64,000 nucleotides of DNA, from the NCBI RefSeq assembly GCF_006345805.1, contig NC_042997.1, forward strand, positions 191,456,001 to 191,520,000, in the 5' to 3' direction. The notes beneath the pieces were generated by a model that had not been told where the DNA came from, ran no database searches, and saw nothing but the letters and a program-made list of their open reading frames with translations. The translations under genes and the position numbers were made by a program. The stretch is from Octopus sinensis. Taxonomy: Eukaryota. This document shows, one piece after another, positions 25,613 to 38,053 of this stretch (positions are counted from its first letter, which is position 1; every line of letters starts with the position of its first letter).

Positions 25613-26757
25613 AACTTACTGGCACTTGTGCTGGTAGCACGTGAAAAAACATTCATGTGAGGTCGTTGCCAGTGCTGCTGGACTGGCTCCTGTGCAGTTG
25701 GCATGTAAAAAACACTATCTGAGCATGGCCGTTGCCAGTACCTCTTGACTGGCCCTTGTACCGGTGGCACGTAAAAGCACCCACTACACTCACAGAGTGG
25801 TTAGCATTAGGAAGGGCATCCAGCTGTAGAAACACTGCCAGATCAGATTGGAGCCTGGTGCAGCCATCTGGTTCGCCACTCCTCAGTCAAATCGTCCAAC
25901 CTATGCTAGCATGGAAAGCGGACATTAAACGATGATGATGATGATGATAGCCTTATATATATATATATATATATATATATCTCAATCACAAGATTTGGAC
26001 TCAGAATGCAAAGAACTGAGACAGATCTCATCTGGCACTCCAGTGATTTTGCTAGTCCCCCGCCCTAGATTGCTACTTCATTCTATTGACCCCAAACAGG
26101 TTGAAATACAAAGGTGACCTCAGCATACACAGGTTTTAGTTGGTTATTTTGAATATCTAATATTTACCTGTGAAATATCTAATCCAGCCATAAATTATTT
26201 CCTAATGAACGTGGGAATTATTTATCCATACACGAGATGATTAACCTCTATCTGCCAATGAATTATCTACTAAATACTTATCCACTAACGATATAAATTA
26301 TTCATGAGATATCAGCTATAAAATATTTTAATATTCATCCAACCATGAAATAATTGACATTTATTCAGCTATGAAATATCTAACACATATTTATCTCCAT
26401 TCAGAGCTCATTGCTCATCATCCTCATGGGTCGGGCATAATTTGCTGAGGCAGAGTTTCTTATGGCTGGACGCCCTTCCTGTCACCAAACCTCACCTGTT
26501 TCCAAGAAACATAATATATCTAGGAAGAACAGAAACAAGGGACACCACTTGTATGATGGTGACACTTATTTACACCTACTGCATGATATCAAGGCAAGGG
26601 GACAGTAACACACACACACAACAGGCTTCCACACAAGTTTCCATCTACCAGATTCATTCACAAGGCTTTGGTCGGCCAGAAGCTGTAGCAGAAGAGACTT
26701 GCCCAAGGTACAATGCAGTAGTACTGAATCTAAAACCATCTGGTTAGGAGGTAAACT

Positions 26758-27200
26758 TCTTATTTCTTTATTGCCCACAGGAGGCTAAACACAGAGGGGA
26801 CAAACAAGGTCAGATAACAGGATTAAGTTGATTACATCGACTCCAGTACATAACTGGTACTTAATTTATCGACCCCGAAAGGATGAAAGGCAAAGTCGAC
26901 CTCAGTGGAATTTGAACTCAGAATGTAGCGGCAGACGAAATACCGCTAAGCATTTCACCTGGCGTGCCAACTCTTCTGCTAGCTCGCCGCCTTACTTCTT
27001 AACTTCTTCTTTCTTTATTGCCCACAAGGGGCTAAACAGAGAGGACAAACAAGGACAGACAAAGGGATTAAGTCGATGATATCGAGCCCAGTGCGTAACT
27101 AGTAAAATTCATCGACCCTGAAAGGATGAAAGGCAAAGCCAACCTCAGCAGAATTTGAACTCGGAACGTAGTGGCAGACGAAATACCGCTAAGCATTTTG
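26758..27200 (-). mobile_element. Two tandem SINE family A copies nested in a family B SINE
   Basis: 26758-26995 and 27005-27200; B-SINE halves at ~26600-26757 and ~27210-27240. Confidence 0.8.
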
Positions 27201-27315
27201 CCTTACTTCTTAACTTCTTAACTACACAGCCATGCCTGCCCCTATCTGACAAAAAAATCTCATGCTTATGTCTTTTCATGTTTATATTTTTATCCTTTTC
27301 CTAATTTTCTTTTAG

Positions 27316-27400
27316 GATTAATTACTTATATTGGCGCTACCATATCTATTGGATTATGCATCATCACTCTTTGTGTCTTGATTTGGTACATCAGGAAACA
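27316..27400 (+). CDS. Transmembrane exon (RLITYIGATISIGLCIITLCVLIWYIRKQ)
   Basis: Pyrimidine-rich acceptor ttttcttttAG, donor CA|GTGAGT; 85 nt, phase 1 to 2; hydrophobic stretch followed by RK stop-transfer. Confidence 0.75.
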
Positions 27401-27544
27401 GTGAGTATCCATTTTTCATTCTTTATTAGGAAGTTATTCCTCAGAGAATAAAGAATTTGATAAACCTAGCATTCCAATCAAACCAAATTCCCAGATAAAT
27501 TCTACAGAATATGTTTGCATTGTTTTCATCATTATCATCATCAT

Positions 27545-28495
27545 TATTATCAGCATGTAAAAAGCACCATCCAAACGTGATAGATGCCAGTGTTCCCCCA
27601 CTGGCTCCCGTGCTGGTGGCATCATCCAAATATGGTCGCTGCCGGTGGCACGTAAAAAGCACCATCCAAACATGGTCGATGCCAGTGCCCCCTGACTGGT
27701 AGCACGTGAAAAGCACCATCCGCACATAGTCGATGCCATGCCCCCTGACTGGTTCCTGTGCTGGTAGCACGTAAAAAGCACCATCCAAACATGGTCGATG
27801 CCAGTGCCCCCTGACTGATTCCTGTGCTGGTAGCACGTGAAAAGCACCATCTGAACATAGTCGATGCCATGCCCCCTGACTGGTTCCTGTGCTGGTAGCA
27901 CGTAAAAAGCACCATCCAAACATGGTCGATGCCAGTGCCCCCTGACTGGTTCCTGTGCTGGTAGCACGTGAAAAGCACCATCCGAACATAGTCGATGCCA
28001 GTGCCCCCTGACTGGTTCCTGTGCTGGTAGCACGTGAAAAGCACCATCCGAACATAGTCGATGCCAGTGCCCCCTGACTGATTCCTGTGCTGGTAGCACG
28101 TGAAAAGCACCATCCGAACATGGTCGATGCCAGTGCCCCCTGACTGATTCCTGTGCTGGTAGCACGTGAAAAGCACCATCCGAACATGGTCGATGCCAGT
28201 GCCCCCTGACTGATTCCTGTGCTGGTAGCACGTGAAAAGCACCATCCGAACATGGTCGATGCCATGCCACCTGACTGGTTCCTGTGCCAGTGGCATGTAA
28301 AAAGCACCATCCGAACATGGTCGATGCCAGTGCCATGTAAAATGCACCCACTACATCTCGGAGTGGTTGGCATTAGGAAGGGCATCCGTGCCAGGTCAGA
28401 TAGGAGCTTGGTGCAGCCTGCTGGCTTGCCAGTCCTCAGTCAAACCATCCAACCTTTACCAGCATGGAAAACGGACGTTGAAATAATGATGAATA
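27545..28495 (+). repeat. Family D copy with expanded ~66-bp tandem array (~11 units)
   Basis: Period 66 (27964 vs 28030); standard family D 3' end. Confidence 0.9.
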
Positions 28496-28584
28496 AGTGA
28501 GAGACATAGCAATTATTAACTGAACACAGCTAACACAAACACTTTCTCCTCATTACAAAAATTTTTTTTTCGCCCTTTTCAAAC

Positions 28585-28845
28585 TCATGGGCCCAGTTTC
28601 TTGGTTTCTGTGACGTATGTGTTCCCCCCAGCTGGACGGGACACCAGTCCATCGCAGCATTACTCAAGAAACAGGAAGAGAGAATGAGAGCAAGTTGTGG
28701 CAAAAGAGTACAACAGGGATCACCACCCCCTGCCGGAGCCTCGTGGAGCTTTTAGGTGTTTTCGCTCAATAAACACACACAACGCCTGGTCTGGGAATCG
28801 AAACCGCAAGTCCGCTGCCCTAACCACTGGGCCATTGCACCTCCA
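28585..28845 (-). mobile_element. SINE family C
   Basis: Same head, different 3' part. Confidence 0.8.
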
Positions 28846-28990
28846 CTAAGAAAAATATGCTCGCATACATAAGCTGAGAGAAAGAGACAGATGGAAAGTG
28901 AAGGAACTCACTGCATTGCACAGACCACAGCTTGCTCATCTCTAAAGGTCCAAGCAATCCTTTTGCTTTCTTGATAAAAGGACTGCTATC

Positions 28991-29180
28991 AAGGTGGCAA
29001 GTTGGCAGAAACGTCAGCATGCCAGGCGAAATGCTTAGCAGTATTTCATGTCTTTATGTTCTGAGTTCAAATTCCGCCGAGGTCAACTTTGCCTTTCATC
29101 CTTTTGGGGTGGATAAATTAAGTACTAGTTGCGTACTGGGATCAATCTAATTGACTGCCCCATCCCACCAAAATTTTAGG
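28991..29180 (+). mobile_element. SINE family A
   Basis: Head and body match. Confidence 0.8.
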
Positions 29181-29537
29181 TCAACGGTTTATACTTTTAA
29201 CTTGTATTTCAAGGTTAGCATTAGGAAGGGCATCCGTTCTTCAGAAAATCTTCTGAGAAATGGTCTTGTAAAAAAATACAAACCATCAATCTGTATTATT
29301 TCTAAACACACACATATATATACATACATACACACACACACACATATATATATATATACACACACGTTATATTTGGTGTTAGGAAGGGCATCCAGCTGTA
29401 GAAACATTGCCAGATAAGACTGGAGCCTGGTGCAGCCTTCTGGCTTCCCAGATCCCCGGTCAAACCGTCCAACCCATGCTAGCATGGAGAACGGATGTTA
29501 AACGATGATGATGACACACAAGGTTTAAAAAAAAGAC

Positions 29538-30300
29538 CTGGCTGTGTGATAAGAAGATAACTTCCTAATCACATGGTTCTGGGTTCAGTCCCACTATGTT
29601 GCATCTTGGGCAATTGTCATCTACAAAAATCCTCAGGTTCACCAAAACCTTGTGAATGGATTTGATAGATGGAAACTGAAAGAAGCCTATCATATATATA
29701 TGTGTGTGTGTGTGTGTGTCTGAGTTTGTCCCCCACCACCATTTCACAACTGGGCTTGGTGTTTACATGACCATAACTTAGCAGTTCAGTAGAAGGCAGC
29801 AATAAAATAAGTACCAGGTTTTGTACAAAAGATAAATACTGGGGTTGATTTGTTGGACTGGAAAAAATAAAAATTCAAATAGGTGCAGGAGTGGCTGTGT
29901 GGTAAGTAGCTTGTTTACGAACCACATGGTTCCGAGTTCAGTCCCACTGCGTGGCATCTTGGGCAAGTGTCTTCTGCTATAGCCCCGGGCCGACCAATGC
30001 CTTGTGAGTGGATTTGGTAGACGGAAACTGAAAAAAGCCTGTCGTATATATGTGTGTTTGTGTTTGTACCCCTAGCATGACTTGACAACCGATGCTGGTG
30101 TGTTTACGTCCCTGTCACTTAGCGGTTCGGCAAAAGAGACCGATAGAATAAGTACTGGGCTTACAAAGAATAAGTCCCGGGGTCGATTTGCATGACTAAA
30201 AGCGGTGCTCCAGCATGGCCGCAGTCAAATGACTGAAACAAGTAAAAGAGTAGTGCCCTAATATGGCTACAGTTTAATGACTGAAGCAAGTAAAAGATAG
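29538..30300 (+). mobile_element. Nested SINE family B copies (young 29881-30252 inside older)
   Basis: Two heads; older tail resumes after 30253. Confidence 0.8.
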
Positions 30301-30377
30301 ATAACATGCATCTTCATTCATCATCTGTTCATCAAATTTCCTTAATTAAGAAATAATTATTTTATTTTCTCTCACAG

Positions 30378-30693
30378 AAAAACTTTAACTTTTGAGCAAG
30401 TTCCAGTAGAAGATGGCAATACAAACGATGCTAAAAGTAACACGAAAAACGTATACGATGACTTCCAATATCTCCGATGTAAAATCACTGAGAACAACAC
30501 GCAACAGAGTGACAACAGAATGCAACAGACCAGTGTTGTCTATGAAACACCGACAATACAAAGGGAACACGTGACACCAAGAGGAAACATTGCAGATGAA
30601 GATGCAAATATTTATGGCAATACTCTGCAACACCAGAGGCTTGAAAGGCAGCCCACAAATGAAATATATATGAACATGGATACCAATAGATAG
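30378..30693 (+). CDS. Terminal coding exon: cytoplasmic tail with tyrosine motifs NVYDDF, VVYETP, NIYGNT, EIYMNM
   Basis: Acceptor ttttctctcacAG; phase 2 joins previous exon (CA+A=Gln); 104 open codons to TAG 30691-30693 in unique sequence. Confidence 0.75.
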
Positions 30694-30909
30694 AAGAGGT
30701 AGAGTAATTAGAAGAGGACTTGTACATATCTTAATCAAAAATGTCTACTGAATTTTCCCCTTGTCTGTATTCCATTTGTTTTAGCTAATACAGCTAAGGC
30801 CTACCAGGACATGTCAGGTCAGAGCAGCAATGTTATATATATTTATTCAAACTGAGATTTTTAGCCTACATTTCAGTAATGGCCTAAAATATCAATTTTA
30901 AAATATATG

Positions 30910-31434
30910 CAGGATGGGCCAAAAGTCACGCACCAAAACATTTGACATTTTATTTATAACATGTTGTTTTATGCTTTTATTTGTTTGTCATTTGACTGCG
31001 ACCATGCTGGAGCACCGCTTTTAGTCAAACAAATCGACCCCAGGACTTATTCTTTGTAAGCTTAGTACTTTTTCTATTGGTCACTTCTGCTGAACTGCTA
31101 AGTTACGGGGACGTAAACACATCAGCATCGGTTGTCAAGCGATGGTGGGGGACAAACATATACACACACACATACACATATATATATATATATACATGAG
31201 CTTCTTTCGGTTTCCATCTACCAAATCCACTCACAAGGCTTTGGTTGGCCCACGGCTATAGTAGAAGACACCTGCCCAAGGTACCACACAGTGGGACTGA
31301 ACCTGGAACCATGTGGTTGGGAAGCAAGCTACCTAGCACACAGCCACTCCTGTGCCTACTAAAAATTGAAGCTACCCCTTAACAATTCCATAGCGTAAGT
31401 TTTAATCTTGGTGCCTGAATTTTGGTCCACCCTG
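30910..31434. mobile_element. Tc1/mariner-type MITE containing a SINE
   Basis: CAGGATGGGCCAAAAGTCACGCACCAA / TTGGTGCCTGAATTTTGGTCCACCCTG|TA. Confidence 0.7.
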
Positions 31435-31830
31435 TATATTTACAATAAATGTATTTATAAACTGTTACATGTGAGTGTGCATGCATGTGTGTGGTTAAGG
31501 TCATGTTGCAACCACTTGATTTTGAGTTCAATCCCACTGCATGGCAGCTTAATCAAGTGTCTTTTACTTACAACCCTGGGCTGACCAATGCCTTGTTAAT
31601 GAATTTAGCAAATGGAAACAGTGTGGTAGCCTGATATTGTGTGTGTGTGAATGCATGTACATGTTTATCTTATTACTTGACGGTGTTAGTTTGTTTATGT
31701 CCCTGTAACTTGGCAGTTTGGTAAAAAAAAAAAAATCAATGCAAAAACAAAAATGCTGGACCACTTTGATAGACCGAAATCTTTGAGACAATGCTCCAGC
31801 ATGGCCACAATCCAATGACTGAAACAAGTA
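30975..31830. mobile_element. SINE family B copies (30975-31358 -, 31485-31830 +)
   Basis: Family B motifs. Confidence 0.8.
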
Positions 31831-32001
31831 AAAAAAATATATACACAGACACATTTGTGTAGCACACTGTTGTTGAAACATTGTCCTTTTTTACTTACTT
31901 TATTGTGAACACCATTGAATTTTCAACTGTTATTGAAGAAAATTTTCAAAAATATATTTTATTCGGTAAAGATGTTATGGACTTGGCAGGTCAATTTAGA
32001 C

Positions 32002-32993
32002 CAGGGGTCAGTGAGCAATTACAGCGGGGTCGATGAAAGCCAAGGGGCCGAATAGGGGTCAGTATGCGAAAGCGGTGAGCTTGCAGAAGAGTTAGCACGC
32101 CGGACGAAATGCGTAGCCGTATTTCGTCTGTCGTTACGTTGTGAGTTCAAATTCCGCCGAGGTCGACTTTGCCTTTCATCCTTTCGGGGTCGATAAATTA
32201 AGTACCAGTTATGCACTGGGGTCGATGTAATCGACTTAATACCTATGTCTGTCCTTGTTTGTCCCCTCTATGTTTAGCCCCTTGTGGGTAATAAAGAAAT
32301 AGGTATGCGAAAGACCAGCTCACACAGATGAACTGTTTGAAATACTTAGTGCCATGAAACGTGGGAAAACAAATTTTCACAGCAGTGAGAAGTCTGCTGT
32401 TGCTAACGTTTGAGGCCTGGTGTCATAATCTGTATCATAATTGAAGATTGAGAGGTGAGATTGAACGGATATGGACTGTCAAGTGTTTGCTTATAGAAAT
32501 TGCCTGAACCTGGAGGAATGAGGTGATTTGAAACTGAAATTGACCGACATTCAGCCTGATATCAATGCCTCAATTCAGGATCACTTTGCTCATACCTCGC
32601 TTTGATGTTGTCAATTTCAATAAAAGATATTCCAACAATATGTGTTTTTCACATTTTCTAACTGTGAGAACAATTTCATAAAAATTGAAAGTTTATACTC
32701 AAACATGTCTTAAATATAAAAAGTATGTCATCTTCAATAGAATTTCTTAATTTGTCATACATGTATATTTTAGCTAACATTTTAATTGCCAGCATCAGTA
32801 CTGGGTATGCATTTAAGATATGGTATGGTAGGGTATTAAGATATTTTAAATGAGGAGGGTGGTCAATGTAGAAGAAGTGGATAAAGGGGCTCAATGTGGA
32901 AGGAGGGGTTAATGCGGAAGTAGTGGCTAAAGGGGGTTCATGTAGAAGAAGTGGCTAATGGGGTCAATGGTCAAAAAAGTTTGGTAACCACTG
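32002..32993 (+). mobile_element. Non-autonomous hAT (Buster/Charlie-like) element with SINE insertion
   Basis: CAG...CTG ends; 8-bp TSD ATTTAGAC/ATTTAGAT with central TA; GDLKLKLTDIQPDI remnant. Confidence 0.75.
32072..32302 (+). mobile_element. tRNA-derived SINE family A, full-length young copy
   Basis: B-box-like GTTCAAATTCC, body GTCGACTTTGCCTTTCATCC; TSD GTATGCGAAAG at 32062 and 32303. Confidence 0.9.
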
Positions 32994-33794
32994 ATTTAGA
33001 TGATGCTAGAAATCAATATATCTGTTGGAAAGGTCAAAAGGATGGCGGGGGGGGGGGAAGAAGGGTAGTGGCAGCTAGAAGTTTGTGTGAGGTGTTTAGG
33101 GTTGGGTTTGGGGAGTTGAAAAGCAGGAGAGGAATTGCAGGTGAAATGAGTAGCACATAAGCTTACCGGTTCAAAAGAGTTGGAATCATTATTTAACGTC
33201 AATTTTCCATGCAGGCCATGGGTTGGACAGTTTGAGTGTAGCTAACCAGCCAAAGAGCTGCCTGGGCTTCAGTTGTCTGTTTAGGCATGGTTTCTACAGC
33301 TGGATTCCCTTCTTAACACCAACCACTTTAGAAAGTGCACTGGGTGCTTCTTACAAGGCACTGGGGCATTTTTACATGGCACCAGCAGAAATAGAGGGAG
33401 GATGCTGGAGTTAGTGTGAAGGCATGTGGACTAGTGGTCAAGGAGTTCCACTTGCAATCAGAAGATCAGTCTTTGTTCTCAGATCAGGCCAAGCCTTGAG
33501 TTCTTTAGCAAAACATTTCATTCTACATTGCTCAAGTCCACTCAGCCATAGACGAGTTTTTGAAATAACTGGGAAGTTAACCAAATGATGGACTAGTGCC
33601 TCGTTCAATGGAGAAGTGTTGTAATCTCAGTCACTTGTACACCATGGAAATCCGGTTAATCTTTGGCCTTATGAGGCCCACGGCTTCATGACAGACCCAA
33701 GTCCTAACTGGTGCTAGCAGTTGTCATATTAGTCGGTAGAGATTTGTCAGAAATAGACGGGTACAGTCTACAATGTTTGAGTCTGCAATATCTG

Positions 33795-34185
33795 ACGGAA
33801 TTGTTAGCACGCTGAGCAAAATGCTTAGTGGCATTTCGTCTGCCGTTACATTCTGAGTTCAAATTCCGCTGAGGTCGGCTTTGCCTTTCATCCTTTCGTG
33901 GTCGATTAAATAAGTAGCAGTTACACACTGGGGTTGATATAATTGACTTAATCCGTTTGTCTGTCCTTGTTTGTCCCCTCTCTGTGTAGCCCCTTGTTGG
34001 CAGTAAAGAAATAGGTATTTTGTCTGCCATTAAGTTTTGAGTTCAAATTCCGCTGAGGTTGATTTTGCCTTTTGTCCTTTCAGGGTCAATTAAGTAAGTA
34101 CGAGTTACGCACCAGGGCCAATGCAATCGACTTATTCCCTTTGTCTGTCCTTGTTTGTCCCCTCTTGGGCAATAAAGAAATATCT
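33795..34185 (+). mobile_element. Two tandem SINE family A copies
   Basis: 33795-34015 and 34015-34185. Confidence 0.8.
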
Positions 34186-34888
34186 GGTCCATTTTAGGAT
34201 CTGCTCTCATACTTTGGAGAGAGAAACATTGGAATAGGGTTGGAGTTCAGATGAATTTAGACCAGTGGTTCTTAAGCGAGCTAAAAGAATTCCTTGGGGC
34301 TGGGCATGCACTGCAGATGTCAAGATATTATGTACACTAGTGAAGGCACGTGGCTTAGTGTTTAGGATATTTGGTTTATGATCATAAAATTGTGAGTTTG
34401 ATTTCCAGTGGCACGTCATGTCCTTGAATAAAACACTACTTCATGTTACAAATGAGTAGCGCCTGTATTTCAAAGGGTCAACTTTGTCACATTGAGATTG
34501 TGAATCTCTCTCTGAGAACTACGTTTCGACCAGAGCTAGGAAGCCAGAGAGCTGCACAATGCTCCAGTTTGATCTGGCTTGGGTTCTACAGCTGGATGCC
34601 CTTCCTAATGCCAACCACTTTATAGTGTGCTTTTAACATGGGACCAGCACTATACACACACACACGTTTGTAACTGTCACCTCCCCACCACCACAACCAC
34701 TTGACAACCGGTGTTGGTGTGTTAACATCCCCATAACTTAGCAGTTTGACAAAAGAAACCAACAGAATAAGTACCAAACTTAAAATACGTACTGGGGTCA
34801 ATTGATTCGATTAAAAATTCATCAAGGTTGTGCTCCAGCTTGGCCACAGTCTGATGACTGAAACAAGTAGAAGATATATATATATATA

Positions 34889-35085
34889 GTTAATCCAAAC
34901 ATGAAAGCACAAAGAGAAAACACAACAATGTGAGGACATAGAACAAGTATAGTGTTATTGGACGCTCAGGAAAGAAGGAGGATTTAATGTTTCGAGCAGA
35001 GCTCTTCGGCAGAAACATAGGAAAAGGAAAGATCCAAGGAAGGGAAGACGGAGGAAAAATATTGCCAACGGTGCACACGTGGTCA
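34889..35085 (-). mobile_element. Solo PLE terminal-repeat-like element with hammerhead-like motif (34982-35016)
   Basis: Minus strand GTTT-CTGCCGA-A-GAGC-tct-GCTC-GAAA-CA-TT-AAAT; shares TTCCTGAGC with 23645 element. Confidence 0.5.
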
Positions 35086-35099
35086 CACACACACATTTT

Positions 35100-35303
35100 T
35101 TTTTTTCTAGTTTCAGCTCAGAGCTGCGGCCATGCTGATGCACCGCCGTTGTAGTGAAGGAGTACAGCAGGGATCACCACCCCCTGCCGGAGCATCGTGG
35201 AGCTTTTAGGTGTTTTCGCTCAATAAACACTCACAACGCCCGGTCTGGGAATCGAAACCGCGATCCTACGACCGCGAGTCTGCTGCCCTAACCACTGGGC
35301 CAT
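35100..35303 (-). mobile_element. SINE family C
   Basis: Same head and body. Confidence 0.8.
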
Positions 35304-35311
35304 TTAATATA

Positions 35312-35684
35312 TATATTAAATATAATAAAGGGTTAATTACAAGTTGCTCAAAACCACATACCGAAAATATTAGAAATAGCAGCCAAATAGATCACTATTT
35401 CTACTACTATTAAAAAAGTCTCCACAAACAAACAGAATTTGTAACCCGTCTATGGCAAAGAGAAAGAAAACAACGAAATCCCAGCCAATTGGATTAGTAG
35501 AAATAGTATTCTATTTGGCTGCTATTTCTAATATTTTTGGTATGCGGTTTTGAGCAACTTGTTGCAATTAACCCTTTATTATAATTAATATAATTCTTAC
35601 CAAATATGGTCATTTCCATACCGAAAAAAATACTAGGTGAAATTTATTAATTTTATCAAATTAATTATATTTCACCCTTTTTGT
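35312..35684. mobile_element. Asymmetric fold-back element in (TA)n
   Basis: Arms ~35312-35405 / 35496-35592, extension to ~35684. Confidence 0.7.
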
Positions 35685-35697
35685 ATATATATATATA

Positions 35698-36092
35698 TCT
35701 TTATATATAAAACTGTAGTTGTGTGAGTGTCTGTCCCCTTCGATTTAGATTCCTAACTACTCCCACATTTTGCGGTGCAGTTTAACCAAAACCGGGTATC
35801 CTATAGTCGTGATTCATATCGAGCCCTTCTGGGTATTAGTGCTTGTCTATGATGAGCCTACGATTTTAAAAATAATTTACCATCACTTTTTTTCCATTTT
35901 CATGCATATTTTTTTAAAGGGAAGTAACTCTCTAAAAATGTCTACGATGAGTCAACGATTTAAAAAAAAATTTACCATCATATTTTTTCCATTTTAAATG
36001 CATTATTTTGCTATTTTTTGGCTATAACTCTCTAAAAATGCTGTATAGTTATTTCCCTTACAAACCCGAGCAACGCCGGGCGATACTGCTAG
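35698..36092 (+). mobile_element. Non-autonomous Helitron
   Basis: A|TC start, 3' hairpin CCCGAGCAACGCCGGG, CTAG|T end. Confidence 0.85.
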
Positions 36093-36254
36093 TATATATA
36101 TATATATAAAAATACAGTAAAACATTAATGGCAAGTGAACCGAGTACCTGTGGAGTATAATATATTATTTTAACGAAAGCAAAAGAGAAAAAAAAATACA
36201 TATACAAACACAAAGGAAAAATAAACAAAAACAAATAGCTTCCAACTTGTAACA

Positions 36255-36801
36255 TTTATTCAAAAGCAAAATTTGAATATAGTATAAGAAAATGTTTCAA
36301 GCAAAAATTATTTTACGCCATGAATATATTCTGCAGAGGTGAACTTTTTAGCTTGCAAGGCAAACTTATTTCTTTTGGGAACACTGACATCAGATTTTTA
36401 AAAAAATTTTCCATGTTCCATCAATGACAAACGAACTCTGACCCCATGTAACCACACTATGCAGAAAGAGGGAAAACACTTGGCGTTAGCCAGTCATACA
36501 GCCACAACTGCTGCCACTGTTTTTTGTTTTGTTTTGTATTTTTTGTTGGGATTTTTTTTTTTTTTTAATTCTCAAATTTAATTATTATTTTTTTTTTATT
36601 GTTCAGTAATGTAATTTTAGTTTATGTCTTCAATGACTATTAGTGACCCTCACAAAACACCAAACACATATCGATACTATTTATAGACTGAACTGTCAAG
36701 ATGATGATTCACTTTAGAAGGAACACTGTACCCTCTATTTAAAAACCAAACCTAGGCACATACTTTTAGAAGGGGGGTGGGAGATGGAGTGGGAGTGTGG
36801 T

Positions 36802-36839
<38 letters not shown>

Positions 36840-37615
36840 AAAAACAACAACGACCCCCCGACCAAAAATAAAAAAAAATTAAATTCTTGTCAATCTTTCT
36901 CCAATTTCATGGAACTATACCAAATAAGAGATTTAATGGAAAGTCAATATCTGATGGTTTTTTGCTTGTTTTTACGCATTATTTTGTGTGTCAGAATTCG
37001 ACTTCAAAGAATAGGTACAAGCAGAGGAAAAGAAAGGAGAAATAGATTAATTCTATTTACAATCAATAATTAAGATTTTTTTTTTCTGTTTGATGAGGGT
37101 AGTTGGTTTTCTATAAAACTAATAACTCTACAAAGGTAACATTAGACTTAAGAAAAAAAAACAAAAAAAAAACAGTCTTAAGTACATTGTTATTTTCTTC
37201 AGTTTTGGGTTTTAAAAAAAAAAAATTTTACTTTTACCCCCAGCATAAGTGTGTGTGTGTTTGTACAAATGAACATAATAATGAGAGCTACCTTTGTGAC
37301 AGAAGATTTAATCTATAACTTTTGCTCTGAAATAATAATTATAAAAAATATTTGAAATAAAATAAAAGGTGATATTGTTTAAAAAAAAACCCCCAAAAAC
37401 CTAACTTAACCCTAACTTCCATTAGCAAAGTCAATGAGAGAAGAGGAGTGTGTGTAATGGTGATAGGGGTAAATTCAAATGCTAAGTGAAAAAAGAACTC
37501 AATACTTGATTTAAGATGAATTCTTTTTAAGTTGAGAAAAAGAATTCAGTATATACGTGTATGTACATATATACATGTATATGTATGTATATACGTACAC
37601 ACCTGTGTGTATGTG

Positions 37616-37682
<67 letters not shown>

Positions 37683-38053
37683 TATTCAGCTGATGGTGGT
37701 ATACAATAAAGTAGGGAGTATACCAAAGAGACAAAAAGAGAGAGATGAGAGAGGTTCTTACATTCTTTGAATGGCCAATTCGAAAGTTTAAAAAGAGAAA
37801 AAACAAAAAAAAAACCCAGATTTATTCGATATTGGAAAGTATAAAGGTTGCTTTTAGTTTACATGTATTGCTTTTTTTTTTACTCTATTTAGGAAAAATA
37901 TAGGTCTATGCATACACACACACACAATGCACTATTTACCTCCTCCCTCATTTAAGCATTCTGTAACAGTAAACCATAGACATTAGACGAGGTAATGCTG
38001 GTGATAGTTGTTCAGTGGCAACTAAAAACTGTTGTTGGTTAGCACTGCATTGT
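36255..38053 (-). other. Candidate alternative terminal exon / 3' UTR of the minus-strand gene (would add TMQC*)
   Basis: T-rich acceptor attctttattAG at 38054-38055; transposon-free U-rich tract; AATAAA on minus strand at 36255-36260. Confidence 0.25.

Noticed and set aside
27434-28385. Long ORFs (305, 314, 241 aa) with repeated peptides
   Set aside because: By-product of a ~66-bp tandem array open in several frames; same sequence is a dispersed repeat
30385-30738. Minus-strand 117-aa and 80-aa ORFs
   Set aside because: Antisense shadows of the plus-strand exon supported by splice phase
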